Source: an uncultured Acidobacteriota bacterium (GTDB lineage: Bacteria; Acidobacteriota; Blastocatellia; RBC074). Taken from it: a stretch of 64,000 nucleotides of DNA. Below, piece by piece: positions 1 to 9,433 of this stretch. Each line of letters starts with the position of its first letter. Within the stretch, counting starts at the first letter, position 1. The notes under the pieces are model-generated. The model searched no databases, was not told the DNA's origin, and worked only from the letters and a program-made list of their open reading frames with translations. The position numbers were made by a program, and so were the translations under genes. The stretch is taken from positions 672,001 through 736,000 of the forward strand of contig CAWCKY010000006.1 in the NCBI GenBank assembly GCA_963796275.1. The letters are read 5' to 3'.

Positions 1-765
1 ATCTGGATCACGTTAATCGCCTCGGTATTGCTGATCATATCTTGCGCTACCACCCAGAGCCGGTTCGCCTCCGTCGCCAATGAGCCGGCCGCGCAGGCTC
101 CCGCGGTGCCGGCTAAAAAGCCGATCTATGAATCGCGCGCCGAGCATGATCCCGATGGAATCGGAAAATTCTACCTCGGCCGCGAAATCTCACACGTCAT
201 GGGCCACGCGGGGGCTGAATGGCTGGAACGCCCCGACCGCGAAGAGACCGAGCTCCCCAAAAAGGTTGTCGAAAATATGAACCTCCGCCCGACTGACGTC
301 GTGGCTGACGTGGGAGCGGGCACCGGATATTTCACTTTCCGTATGAGTCCGTTTGTGACGCAAGGCAAAGTTTATGCAGTCGACATCCAATTGGAGATGC
401 TGGCCCTAATCGAGGCGCGCAAGAAAAAGTTCAATGCCGAAAACGTCGTCACAATATTGGGTTCGGAGTCTGACTCGACGCTGCCGAAAGGTGCGATCGA
501 TGTGGTACTGCTCGTCGATGCGTATCACGAGTTCTCTTATCCGCGTGAAATGATGGAGAGCATCGTCAATGGGCTCAAACCCGGAGGGCGCCTAATTCAG
601 ATTGAATATCGAGGGGAGGATCCGACGGTGCCCATAAAAAAACTGCATAAGATGACGGTTGCTCAGGCGCGCAAAGAGATGGCCGAGGTCGGATTGGTCT
701 GGAAAGAGACCAAGAATTTCCTCCCGCAGCAACATTTCATCGTTTACGAGAAACCGGCAAAATAA
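1..765 (+). CDS. Class I SAM-dependent methyltransferase with lipoprotein-like N-terminus (probably 5'-truncated by the window)
   Basis: Motif I VADVGAGTG, AVDIQ and VDAYHE; the frame is open from base 1; hydrophobic stretch ending LLIISC. Confidence 0.85.
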   Translation: MWITLIASVLLIISCATTQSRFASVANEPAAQAPAVPAKKPIYESRAEHDPDGIGKFYLGREISHVMGHAGAEWLERPDREETELPKKVVENMNLRPTDVVADVGAGTGYFTFRMSPFVTQGKVYAVDIQLEMLALIEARKKKFNAENVVTILGSESDSTLPKGAIDVVLLVDAYHEFSYPREMMESIVNGLKPGGRLIQIEYRGEDPTVPIKKLHKMTVAQARKEMAEVGLVWKETKNFLPQQHFIVYEKPAK

Positions 766-855
766 TTGGGGAACCGCGAACGGCAGTGGGCGAGGCTCCA
801 CAATAGCCGATTGATAAAGAACTCGCCCGCCCTTTTGCCTGCGTAACATCTTACG

Positions 856-2088
856 ATGTCTCTCAGTTACGGCGAATTCGCGCGCATGATTTATGGCACC
901 GGCGTCCTATCTGACCCTTGGCTCGGCGGTAGAGAAAGGTTTCGGCTAAACAGCGCCATTCTGACGCGCGAACAGGCGGAGGCCCTGAAAATTGCCGCTG
1001 AGCGCATCGGCCTGATCTATCACGAATTAATCCAGATAGTCCTCAGGCATCCTGAATTACTCGATAGTTTTTTCGATCTCACGCCATGGCAAAAGGCGAT
1101 GTGGCTCGCCTCGGAAGGGCGCTGGCATGGGATCGCGCGCGTTGACCTGTTCATATGCAGTGACGGCGGCGTGCGCACCTGTGAGATGAACTCCGATACG
1201 CCATCGGGCGAGGCGGAGGCCGCGTTGCTCAATCAACTGCTCCATCGATTTTATCCGGATACAGAAGACCCGAACGAGGAGTTAGAAGAGCGGTTTTGCC
1301 GGATGCTCGCCGCATCACATCAAGGGAAAGCTCTCAACAGGATCGCGATAATTTATCCGACCGATCTGCCTGAAGACCTGAGCATGATCGCGGTTTACAA
1401 AAGTTGGCTCGAATCGCGTGGATGTAAAATCGTTCTCGGTTCCCCTTACAATCTAGGTGTTGACAGCCAAAAACGCGTGACAGTTATGGGCGAAACAGTG
1501 GATTTGATCATTCGCCATTACAAGACGGATTGGTGGAGTGAACGTGAAATCGTCTGGGCCAATCAAGCTCCATACGCCGACCCCGACCCACTGGAACGCG
1601 AATTGACACTTCTGCTCGAAGCGGAGCGCGATGCCAGGGTAACGGTAGTCAATCCATTCGGCGCGGTCGTGACGCAGAATAAGAAGGCGATGGCCCTGAT
1701 GTGGGAGCGGCGCGAGTTGTTCGCTGAACAGACCCGGTCCTGGATAAACGAATATATCCCGGAAACCCGCCGCTTGACCTCTCACGATATCGAACATCTC
1801 GACCAGGATGGATGGGTATTGAAATCCGATTACGGCTGCGAAGGAGACTCGGTTGTTTGTGGGCCGTTCGTGAAACCGAGTGATTGGCGGCTCTCTCTGG
1901 CCACCGTAATTCCGCAACATTGGGTGGCTCAACGATTTTTCGAGGTAGAGCCGGCGGATGATGGCTTGCTGCCGAATTACGGCATCTACTTGATCGGCGG
2001 GCGTGCGGCGGGCTTCTATACCAGGCTTTCAGCGAAGGCGACTGATTACAGGTCGGTGACGGCGGCCACTTTCGTCAAAGGCGGATAA
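856..2088 (+). CDS. Glutathionylspermidine synthase-like ATP-grasp protein
   Basis: ARVDLF, EMNSDTPSG, QNKKAMALMW and WVLKSDYGCEG motifs typical of the GSP_synth family. Confidence 0.8.
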   Translation: MSLSYGEFARMIYGTGVLSDPWLGGRERFRLNSAILTREQAEALKIAAERIGLIYHELIQIVLRHPELLDSFFDLTPWQKAMWLASEGRWHGIARVDLFICSDGGVRTCEMNSDTPSGEAEAALLNQLLHRFYPDTEDPNEELEERFCRMLAASHQGKALNRIAIIYPTDLPEDLSMIAVYKSWLESRGCKIVLGSPYNLGVDSQKRVTVMGETVDLIIRHYKTDWWSEREIVWANQAPYADPDPLERELTLLLEAERDARVTVVNPFGAVVTQNKKAMALMWERRELFAEQTRSWINEYIPETRRLTSHDIEHLDQDGWVLKSDYGCEGDSVVCGPFVKPSDWRLSLATVIPQHWVAQRFFEVEPADDGLLPNYGIYLIGGRAAGFYTRLSAKATDYRSVTAATFVKGG

Positions 2089-2207
2089 CATTTTAAATTT
2101 TACATTTTAAATTTTACATTTTTTGTCATTGAAGAGAAGATATGCAGCTCCATCAATGACACATGAAAATCTAAAATCTAAAATCTAAAATCTAAAATGT
2201 TATCCGC
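2081..2207. repeat. Long hairpin made of inverted heptamer arrays (ATTTTAA/ATTTTAC)n ... (AAAATCT)n; possible bidirectional terminator
   Basis: 15-bp perfect outer inverted repeat 2081-2095/2193-2207; inner stem GTCATTGA/TCAATGAC; lies between convergent genes. Confidence 0.75.
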
Positions 2208-2230
2208 TCAGCGTTAAATGATTACTCACC

Positions 2231-4567
2231 CTACCGTTCCAACTTGATTCGCACCCCGCCTCTCACCATTCGCGGCATTCCCAGGGTTTCCAGGGGCGTG
2301 CGCGCAACAGCGAACCTTTCATCGAACAGGTTCTGTACGGCGATAAAGAGTTCGAAGTTACGTTTGATCGGGCGGGCAACCATTACATCGATCACCGCGA
2401 AACTGCCGAGCGGCAACCGGTTCTGATCATCGTCGAATTGCATGCCGGCGGCTCGAAATTGAACCGCCGCCGTCGCGTATTTAGGATTCGAGTAGAGGGT
2501 CTGAAATGTGAATTGATGGCGCGGGACCTGAGGTATCAACAAACCTTCGAGATTCGGGTCTTGCGGCGCGCGCCGCACGGTAGCTTCTGAAAACAGATAA
2601 CCCGTCGTGATGCTCCAGTAGTTCGAAACGATAAATTCGCTTTCAGCCTCGATACCCAGAGAGCGTGTGCGGCCCAGATTACGGCGCTGGCGTGTGATCA
2701 GAGATGGGGTGACCGAGATCGTGAAATTGGAGATCGGATTGACGGTCTCAGTCCAATAGCCGGTCAGTCGCGCATTCACGCGTCTCGTCCAATTCCAATT
2801 AGCCCCGATCTCCCCTCCGGTTAATCGCTCGGAAGTCAGCCTTTCGTTGGCCAGCGTGAGCGCGTTTCCGACTCTGAATGCCCGATAGAGTTCGTTGAGC
2901 GTCGGGGCCCGGAAAGCCCGGTATGCTGAAGCTCGAAGCGCCAATTGCTCTGTCGGGCGATAGGTCAGAGTGAGACGCGGGCTGAATGCATCTGTCGATC
3001 GGGGTTCGAAGAAAAGAGGGCGGACGGCGCCGGTCGAGAGACTCGTTTCGACTGAAGACGCCGAAGAATCGCGCCAACTATCTATGCGCGCGCTCGCCGC
3101 AAGCTGCCATCGAGGCGAGATGCTGAACAGGTCTTGCGCGAAAACTCCGAAGCGCCTCTGTCTTCCGCCGGCGCTCACGAACGCCGTGGGATTGCCGGCG
3201 GCGTAGCCGGTCTCATCGCTCGTGCCGCGTACACCGCGCACATCGACTCCGGCCACGAACAGGTGCCTACCGAAACTTGGACGGGACCAGTTGAATGAGA
3301 GGCCCGCATCGCGAGACGGGACGAATTGAAGGCGCGTGAGCGATTCAGAGTTGCGATCCGCCGCTACCGCTGTGAAGCTTTGATGGAATCGCTGCTGATT
3401 GGCGAATATGACGAGATTCCAGTTGCTGCCGTCGGAGGTTCGAGCTCGCACGCCGGCGGCTGCCGATTCGGTCGCCGTATCATTACGCTGCAGCCTCGTA
3501 CCATTGCGCCGGTCTTCATCGAAGAGGGCGCCGCGGGCAAAGACGGTGTTTTCACTACTCCAGTTTTGATCGAGGCGCAGAGTAAGCACGCGGTGTTTCG
3601 ACGTCGCTTCTTCGTCAGCCACCCCTCGAAGTTCCGGTGCGATTATGAAATAACCATCGGTGTCAAACGACTCGCCCGAGACAGCAATGCCGAGGCCTTT
3701 CCATCGCTCGCTCGCGAAGAACGAGAGATCGCGCGTGTCGCGCGTGCCGTAGCTCGCCTCGAAATCCATTGCGCCCCGTGATGGAGGCCGCGTGAGGAGA
3801 TTGATCACGCCGCTCAGAGCATCAGAGCCATAGAGATCTGACGAACCCCCGCGCATAAGCTCGATGCGATCTACGGCCGTGCGAGGCACGCGGTCCCAGT
3901 AGACCCACCCGCCGAATGCATCGTTCAATGGCACGCCGTCCGCCAATACGAGCGTGCGGCTGGCTCCGCTGGCTCCGGCGCCGCGCAGTGAGACTCCCTG
4001 AGTAGTGGGATTGGCGACGATGCTGCTCGAGCGGCGAAAGATGCTGAATCCGGGGACCTGGCGCAGCAGATCGTCGAGCGTCTGCGCCCCGGCGCTGTCG
4101 ATGTCTCTCGCATCGAGCAGCGAAACGCTGGCAGGTGCATCGATCAGTCGAATCTCGGCGCGCGCCGGAGTAACCGTTATCTCATCCGATATCCCGCCCG
4201 TCTCGAGCGTAATTATCAAATCCAACTGCGAGTTCTCGCCCTGATTTGAAGGGATGGTTACGCGCCGTGAATGCTGGCCGAATCCTTCGGCTGTGATGCG
4301 TAATTCGTAATCGCCGGCAGGCAAAGATTCGAGGACAAACTTCCCGTCCGCGTCGGTCGTAGTGTCTTGTATGTTTTGATGGCTCGATGTCGCCGAAACC
4401 CGCGCATTTTTGATCGCATCACCCTGCTTGTCGGTGATGCGCCCGGTGATGCTTCCGCGGTTGAAAGTGGCGGGTTGCTGGGCCGGGGCGGTGACCGTCA
4501 ACAGACAGAAGGCGAAAAAAATAAAGGCCAGTCGATGCCATTTGTACTTCAAATATTGGAATATCAT
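2231..4567 (-). CDS. TonB-dependent receptor with N-terminal carboxypeptidase-regulatory-like domain
   Basis: Signal peptide, GSITGRITD domain, plug motifs (LRQVPG, RIELMRGGSSDLYGSDALSGVINL), FRAPTLNELY, C-terminal NLFD. Confidence 0.92.
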   Translation of the reverse strand: MIFQYLKYKWHRLAFIFFAFCLLTVTAPAQQPATFNRGSITGRITDKQGDAIKNARVSATSSHQNIQDTTTDADGKFVLESLPAGDYELRITAEGFGQHSRRVTIPSNQGENSQLDLIITLETGGISDEITVTPARAEIRLIDAPASVSLLDARDIDSAGAQTLDDLLRQVPGFSIFRRSSSIVANPTTQGVSLRGAGASGASRTLVLADGVPLNDAFGGWVYWDRVPRTAVDRIELMRGGSSDLYGSDALSGVINLLTRPPSRGAMDFEASYGTRDTRDLSFFASERWKGLGIAVSGESFDTDGYFIIAPELRGVADEEATSKHRVLTLRLDQNWSSENTVFARGALFDEDRRNGTRLQRNDTATESAAAGVRARTSDGSNWNLVIFANQQRFHQSFTAVAADRNSESLTRLQFVPSRDAGLSFNWSRPSFGRHLFVAGVDVRGVRGTSDETGYAAGNPTAFVSAGGRQRRFGVFAQDLFSISPRWQLAASARIDSWRDSSASSVETSLSTGAVRPLFFEPRSTDAFSPRLTLTYRPTEQLALRASAYRAFRAPTLNELYRAFRVGNALTLANERLTSERLTGGEIGANWNWTRRVNARLTGYWTETVNPISNFTISVTPSLITRQRRNLGRTRSLGIEAESEFIVSNYWSITTGYLFSEATVRRAPQDPNLEGLLIPQVPRHQFTFQTLYSNPKYATAAVQFRAAGMQFDDDQNRLPLGSFAVIDVMVARPIKRNFELFIAVQNLFDERFAVARTPLETLGMPRMVRGGVRIKLER

Positions 4568-4674
4568 CAGTTCTAAGCCACCAGTTGGATATTTCTAAAA
4601 TGTTCAGTGATAATCTGCTGCGTTCACTGAAAAAGCAAGTTTCTTTTGCGACGGTGAAGGCCAAAGGGAACGCT

Positions 4675-7393
4675 ATGAATAGCCGGGTTCTGAATATATT
4701 TGTCGGACTGTATTTCCTGTTGATGTTCGTCAATGCGGCGGCTGGAGCCTATCAGACGGTGCGTTCCTGGAAATCATACGATAATGCCAGCGATCCGGGT
4801 TGGCGCGTCGAACCATGGACCGGTCGCATGCGGGTCAGGGCAATCGAATCCGATGCGCCTTCTGCCAGCCCATTGCGAATCGGTGATGAGATTGTGAGCA
4901 TCAACAGCAAACCCCTGGATAACCCTTACAATGTTTTCAAGCCATTCGAGAGCATTCCGCCGGGAACTACGTATCAAATCACCATACGACGCGATGGGCA
5001 AATACTTGATTTCACTTTGAAGACCAGACCGTTTCCCCGGATATTGATGGCGATCGGGCAGATGTGGTCGATCGTTATTCCGGCCATTTTACTGGTTTCC
5101 GGATTCGCGTTATTTCTATTTAGTATCTGAAGATAAATTAGCGCTGCTTCTGGCATTGATGTTCTGCGCGCTGAGCGTAATTTCCAGCATGAGACCGGTA
5201 ACTGGCATATGGCAATGGTTGGCGGCCATTCTGGCATTGGCGCCATATCTTGGCTCATTATTCTTACCGATATTTTTGCATTTCTTCCTTCTGTTTCCTG
5301 ATCCGAAAGGGCAGTTGTCACCATTGCTGCGGAGGTATCCCCGGTTCGAATGGTATCTTTATATTCCGTACCTGCTTCTTATTTTTTCAACCGTAGGAAT
5401 TTGGGCAATCCTATCGTTATTCTCTCCGGGTTTGGTTGATAGCTGGAGACCGAAGTTTAAATGGATCGGGCACCTCTGGAATATCGCGGGATTCGCCTAT
5501 ATCATCGGCGGGCTTGTTTCGCTGCTGATCAATTATCGAGAAACCAGCCACGCGTTGCGTCGCAAGACGCGGGTTGTCGTAGCGGGCAGCCTCGCTGGAT
5601 TATTACTGCCGATGTTGCTCGTACTGGGGGTTGAGTTATTAAACCGCTTTTTTTCGGTTAGCGAGGCCCTTCTGATCTGGCTTTTCCTGGCGGCGGTATT
5701 GGTCTTCCCTCTTTTTCCCTTGTCATTCCTGTATGCCATTATTCGGCACCAGGTGATTCCCGTAAGAATTATCATCCGCCGCAGCCTGCGCTATCTCTTC
5801 GTCCGCCAGGGATCGGTTCTGCTCGAACTGATCGTCGTCGCAGCGGTGTTATCGCTGCTTTTGATATATATCTTCGCGCGGATGCAAATAAGCCATCTGG
5901 CAGTCGGGATCATCTCAGGCGCTGTTGCGATAGCCGCCTGGCAGATCACTCAGTGGCTCCACTATAAGGTTATTGCGCCGGCGATCGATCGCGCCTTCTT
6001 TCGGCGGGCGTACAGCGCGCAGCTGATCCTATCCGAGTTGAGCCAGGCGCTGCGCGTGATGTCAGAGTGGCGGGAAGAGGCGTGGGCATTCGTCAGTATG
6101 AAAATCCAGGAGGCGTTACAGACAGACAATGTCACCATCTTCATACGCGACGATAAATCGGGCGATTATCCGTGCGCTGTCTCATCGCATTATTCCGACA
6201 ATGGCCAGATGGCAGCCGGTTCATCCCCATACATGAAGATGCCAGCCAGCGTGTTGCATCGTCTGACTGAGTCCTGGCGCCCACTGGCGGTCGATTTCGA
6301 AGACTCGAAGTCCTGGGCTTTCACGCTAGACGCTCAAGAGAGTAAAGCCTTAAGGCAGATTCGCTCCGCCTTGATTTTGCCCATCGCGACCAAAGATCAG
6401 TTGATTGGCGTCATCTCGCTCGGGCCGCGATTGGGCGATCTTCCCTTTTCGCGTGAGGACAGGGATCTGCTCGGAGCCGTTGCGGCTCAGCTCTCGTTCG
6501 CTATTGAGAATGCGCAACTCGTTCGGCACAAGGTCGAAGAAGAGCGTATGCGGCGTGAGCTCGAGTTCGCATCCGAAGTGCAGCGGCGCCTCTTCCCGCA
6601 ACGTCCGCCGAAACTCGCACAGCTGGAACTCTGTGGCATCTGCCATCCGGCGCGCGACGTGGGAGGCGATTACTACGATTTTTTGGAACTTGGAAACGGG
6701 CAGCTCGGTATTGCGGTGGCGGATGTCTCCGGCAAAGGCATCTCAGCCGCGTTGCTGATGTCGGTCATACAGGCATCGCTGCGCGCGCAAGCGCCCAAAG
6801 CGAATGGGCAGATGACTGAGTTGATCGCTTCCATGAACCGGCTGCTTTGCGAATCGACGGGTGCCAACAATTATGCGACGTTTTTCTATGCGCTGCTCGA
6901 CTGGAACGCGCGGCGTATGACCTATGTCAATGCCGGACATAACCCGCCGATCCTGGTGCGCGCCGGCGCGCGGGCAAATTCGCAGAATTTCACCAATGTC
7001 GCCAGCGTTGCGAACGGCGTTATTGGGGATAATGGGGCCGCATCTGTCATTTCCACGCAAACAATAGCCCAGGCTTCACCTTCCGAAGAGCCGATCAGTT
7101 TTCTCACTACCGGTGGGCCCGTCATCGGGCTGCTCGAAAATTGCGTCTACGAAAACCACACAATCGAACTGCGTTGCGGCGATGTGCTGGTCGCCTATAC
7201 AGATGGTTTGAGCGAAGCCAGAAATCCCGAGGGCGAGGAGTTCGGTGAAGAGCGCCTGGCGCAATTAATTGCCGATATTTCGGAACTGACTGCCGATGAA
7301 ATGCGCGAGCGGATCATCGCGAACGTACGCGAATGGCAGAAAGATTCGCCCCAGCACGACGATATGACGATGGTGATTGTGAAGGTGAAATAA
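4675..7393 (+). pseudogene. Membrane PDZ + GAF + SpoIIE/RsbU (PP2C) phosphatase, split by a 1-nt frameshift near 5119 (real lesion or assembly error)
   Basis: ORF 4675-5130 encodes a PDZ domain (LRIGDEIVSIN) and a TM helix; ORF 5156-7393 has TMs, GAF, GGDYYDF, ADVSGKG, YTDGL, DDMT; deleting one T at 5119-5121 fuses them. Confidence 0.8.
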
Positions 7394-7512
7394 GAGAAGC
7401 GATTCGCCGCAAAAAACAAAAACACATCAAAAGTAAAAATGTAAGAAGATAAATACCCTTACTGTCCTTGGTATTTTTTGTGTGTTTTGGTGACTGTTGT
7501 GATGAACCTTTC

Positions 7513-8241
7513 TCATTGCTTTTCCAGCAGCGGCTCCAAAACGCGCCACACATTTTCCGTCATTATCTTCTCACCTTCGGCATTGGGGTGGATTCCGTCC
7601 GGCTGATTGAGCTCCGCTTTACCGCCGACGCCCTCCAGCACGAATGGAATAAACGCCACGTTGTATCGTTTCGCGAGATCGCGGAACACCTGGCGATATG
7701 CGCGCGTGTACTCTTCGCCCAGGTTCGGCGGCGCCTCCATACCCGCCAGGATCACCGTCACATCACGTGATTGAGCGCGTTCGATTATATGCGCCAGGTT
7801 CTTCTTCATCTCTGTCACCGGCTGGCCGCGAATCGCGTCGTTGCCGCCGAGCTCCAGTATCAGATACCTGGCGTTACCCTCGAGCGCCCAGTCGATTCGC
7901 CGCACGCCTCCCGCGGATGTGTCACCCGAAACTCCTGCATTTATCACGCGGTACTGGTATTTTTTCTCGTCGATCTTTCGTTGTAATAAGTTCGTATAAG
8001 ATTGCTCCTCGCTCAGCCCATACCCGGCAGTCAGGCTATCACCGAACGCGACGATTGCCGGCAAATCGTCCGTCTTTGCCGGTGAAACAGCGGTCGCAGG
8101 TGCATTTTTGGTCTCCGCCAGAGAACTGTTCTGGGCCTCGGGCGCATTCGATTTTTGACAATTGGCGCCGGCCAGGACGACCGTCAGAAGTATAAAAAAT
8201 TTACAAATAAGCGATTTGAATTTGTGATCGACAACGTGCAT
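7513..8241 (-). CDS. tesA: Arylesterase / acyl-CoA thioesterase I (SGNH/GDSL), lipoprotein
   Basis: FGDSLTAG, NAGVSGDT, ELGGND, DGIHPN; divergent from a ybbA/ybbP-like pair; start set at ATG 8241 because the longer ORF runs into a MITE. Confidence 0.88.
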   Translation of the reverse strand: MHVVDHKFKSLICKFFILLTVVLAGANCQKSNAPEAQNSSLAETKNAPATAVSPAKTDDLPAIVAFGDSLTAGYGLSEEQSYTNLLQRKIDEKKYQYRVINAGVSGDTSAGGVRRIDWALEGNARYLILELGGNDAIRGQPVTEMKKNLAHIIERAQSRDVTVILAGMEAPPNLGEEYTRAYRQVFRDLAKRYNVAFIPFVLEGVGGKAELNQPDGIHPNAEGEKIMTENVWRVLEPLLEKQ

Positions 8242-8258
8242 ATTGCTCTTTGGTCTAT

Positions 8259-8489
8259 GAGTGCAAATAAAAGTCATTGAATCAACGTTTTCAGTCCTGA
8301 GCGACAAAGGCGCGGGATGTTTATAGAACTCGTTCTCCCACATCTCACTAGCTCCGGAGGAGCGGCATATGAATGCTTATATGTCGCTTCTCCGGAGCTA
8401 GTGAGACTTGGAGAATCGGGTGCTATATATCGGGCTCCTCCGGAGCCAATCAGAATTGTTGATAATAATCGGCATTAATTTGCACAGTC
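8259..8489. mobile_element. MITE-like element, copy 1 (degenerate ends)
   Basis: Ends GAGTGCAAATAAAAG...AATTTGCACAGTC; internal AGCTCCGGAGGAGCG/CTCCGGAGCT palindromes shared with the copies at 25639 and 35255. Confidence 0.75.
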
Positions 8490-8612
8490 CCCGTTATATT
8501 TAATAATTACGGGAAATAATAAACGGGAACGCATGCGCTCCCGGTACATCGTTAATCGTCGCAATAACGGCGTAAACGACTTCTCAATAATTTATACTAC
8601 TCGAAGAATAGC

Positions 8613-9326
8613 ATGATTCAATTGGCAAATGTTTCGAAAGTCGTCACTAGCGGCGGCGAACAGTTGACGATTTTACATTCTCTCGATCTGCAGATTCCAA
8701 GCGGACAATTCATTTCAGTCATCGGACCATCGGGAAGCGGAAAATCGACGTTGCTCGGGCTGATCGCCGGACTCGACGCGCCGACTTCGGGCGAGATAAG
8801 GCTCGACGGTAAGGATATTACCAGGATGGGGGAAGATGACTTGGCCGAACTGCGCGGCGAGCTCATCGGCTTCATTTTTCAGTCATTTCATCTCATCCCA
8901 TCGCTGACGGCTTACGAAAATATTCTGGTGCCGATGGAGATAATGGGCGTCAGCAGGGCGCGCGCACGAGCCCAGGCCCTGCTCGACGAGGTTGGATTGC
9001 ACGAACGCGGGCATCATTATCCATCGCAGCTTTCCGGCGGAGAACAACAGCGCGTCGCCATAGCGCGCGCGTTCGCCAATGATCCACAGATACTACTGGC
9101 GGATGAGCCGACGGGGAATCTCGATTCGAAGAACGGATCCCATATTTTCGATCTGCTTCTCAAGCTCAATCGCGAACGCGGCACGACGCTTCTGCTCGTA
9201 ACGCATGATCAACACCTGGCTGGCCTGGCCGACCGCAAGATAGCGCTCAGTGACGGAAGGATAGTGGAAGATATCGAATCACAGACTTCGCGGTTGATTA
9301 CTTGTGAATTAGAACAAAACTCATAA
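8613..9326 (+). CDS. ybbA: ABC transporter ATP-binding protein (YbbA/LolD-like)
   Basis: [27 protein letters not shown]; synteny with tesA and a YbbP-like permease. Confidence 0.9.
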   Translation: MIQLANVSKVVTSGGEQLTILHSLDLQIPSGQFISVIGPSGSGKSTLLGLIAGLDAPTSGEIRLDGKDITRMGEDDLAELRGELIGFIFQSFHLIPSLTAYENILVPMEIMGVSRARARAQALLDEVGLHERGHHYPSQLSGGEQQRVAIARAFANDPQILLADEPTGNLDSKNGSHIFDLLLKLNRERGTTLLLVTHDQHLAGLADRKIALSDGRIVEDIESQTSRLITCELEQNS

Positions 9327-9433
9327 CGTAAATCGGAATGGAACAAAGGCGTAAATTTGCAAAAAATGTTTAAATAGCCTGGGATGTCGCTCTTTTGCCA
9401 TTTTTTGCCTTTATTGTTTCCCATTGCAATTCA

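Noticed and set aside
4568-4675. Cobalamin or other riboswitch ahead of the TonB receptor
   Set aside because: The intergenic gap is only about 105 nt, is shared with a divergent gene and shows no conserved core
8242-8343. N-terminal extension of tesA in the track
   Set aside because: Read-through into MITE copy 1
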